A stretch of DNA of 63,200 nt, counting the filler, from Olpidium bornovanus S191 (lineage: Eukaryota; Fungi; Olpidiomycota): the NCBI GenBank assembly GCA_017911155.1. It is 29 parts of 29 records of this genome, joined end to end, with 100 filler letters (N's around TTAATTAATTAA, not from the genome) between each part and the next. Parts side by side here need not be neighbours in the genome. Positions count along the whole stretch, not along the records: positions 62,192 to 63,200 come from JAEFCI010000072.1; 28 more parts are not named here. One strand, written 5' to 3'. Below the pieces are notes generated by a model. It had not been told where the DNA came from, did not search any database, and saw only the letters and a list, made by a program, of their open reading frames with translations. Shown here one piece after another: positions 62,192 through 63,200 of the stretch. How positions within the stretch are numbered: position 1 is the stretch's first letter; every line of letters starts with the position of its first letter. The position numbers were made by a program, and so were the translations under genes.

Positions 62192-62809
62192 CATGAGCGC
62201 CACCGCTTCGCTTCTCCGGGTGCCGGCGGCGGCGAGCGTTTCCCGGAGAATCGAAACCAATGACTGAATATAACATATATTCATTTTGGTTTTTTTTCCC
62301 CCGCGGAGGCGGCGATTGTCAGCGCCCGCGGAGAGGGCGTCTTTTCCCCTTCCTTAAACATCACCCCTTCCTCCCCACTCCTTCTCCTCCTCCTTACGTC
62401 TCCGTCGTCCGAACTCTCCAGCAAGGCACCAGAGCTTTCGACGAGAGCGTCGTATTGTCGGATGAGGTTCAGCTGCTCCTCGACCGCCTGGTCGGTGGCG
62501 GCGAGCAGCTCGCCGAGCAAAACGTCGTTCTCATCCTGCGGGGCAACGGACCAAGCGCCCCCGCCAAAGCGGTCAAAACGCTTTGATTCCCCTCTCCCTT
62601 CGACCCAGAGCGAATGTACCTCGCGGGGGCTTTCCCTCCCCTCTCCGACGACCCCGCCGCGAGAAGGGGCCGGGGTGGGGACTCACGGCGGCGTCCGCGC
62701 GGGGCGGGAGCGGTTTTCCCGCGCTCGCCGGGACGTCGGCGGGGCGAGGCGGAACGACGGCGGCGAGGGCGGCGAAGGCGAGGAAGGGCAAGGCGGCGAC
62801 GGGTTTCAT
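62192..62809 (-). CDS. Orphan predicted secreted protein (3' truncated)
   Basis: Exons 62809-62687, 62535-62398, 62263-62192, all phase 0 GT-AG. MKPVAALPFLAFAALAAVVPP.. then acidic helical DENDVLLGELLAATDQAVEEQLNLIRQYDAL. Confidence 0.65.
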
Positions 62810-63117
62810 GACGGGGGAGCGGAGCGCGTGCGTGCGCGTGCGAGCGCGGGTTCGAAGCCGAAGCGCGGAGATCTGCTGCGGAGGGGGAAAGTGCGGGGGA
62901 GAGTGCGGGGGGGGGGGGGGGGGGGGAAAATGGCGGTGTTTCCCGGAACAAAGGGGCGAGAGGGTGAGGGTGGGGAATTCCTCTCTCCACTCCCTTTCTT
63001 TTTTTCTTTTTTTTTTTTCTTTTTTTTTTCCGATTTTTCCGGCGGAGAGTGAAGCAACGGGAGGGGCTCTCGGAGAAAATTGCAAAACTGACAACCGAGC
63101 AACGCCCGCACTTCTCC

Positions 63118-63165
<48 letters not shown>

Positions 63166-63169
63166 GCCG

Positions 63170-63200
<31 letters not shown>

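Overview
Eukaryotic genomic DNA, not prokaryotic. The window is an artificial concatenation of 29 short draft contigs (about 1-5 kb) joined by 28 ~100-nt spacers (N-run + TTAATTAATTAA six-frame stop + N-run), so adjacency across spacers carries no biological meaning. The source appears to be a GC-rich, intron-rich, homopolymer-rich flagellated (zoosporic) fungus: it has axonemal dynein and a tubulin polyglutamylase alongside fungal-type FAL1, DBP3, RSC9 and HUL5. Olpidium-like is my guess, by inference only. Manually spliced genes: DNAH6, a disrupted SUB2, TIM22, DBP3, FAL1, a TTLL6/13-like gene, HUL5/UBE3C, LTA4H, EAF3, a large NAD-GDH, a hybrid-kinase receiver domain, MFI/C11orf65, APS1, a delta-12 desaturase, RSC9, an MPLKIP-like gene, an LRR protein and two orphan secreted proteins. 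There are also two Ty3/gypsy fragments and one Ty1/copia fragment. Most notable: (1) a delta-12 desaturase with Sordariomycete-type signatures inside host-style flanks (candidate fungus-to-fungus HGT, or contamination); (2) a GDH of the Chlamydiae/stramenopile-like subtype; (3) frequent AAG / A-tract 3' splice sites; (4) 21 of 57 contig ends at CATG, probably technical; (5) a SUB2 pseudogene; (6) a -1 frameshift signal and CpG-type decay in the retroelements. Family assignments are from recalled motifs; no searches were run.
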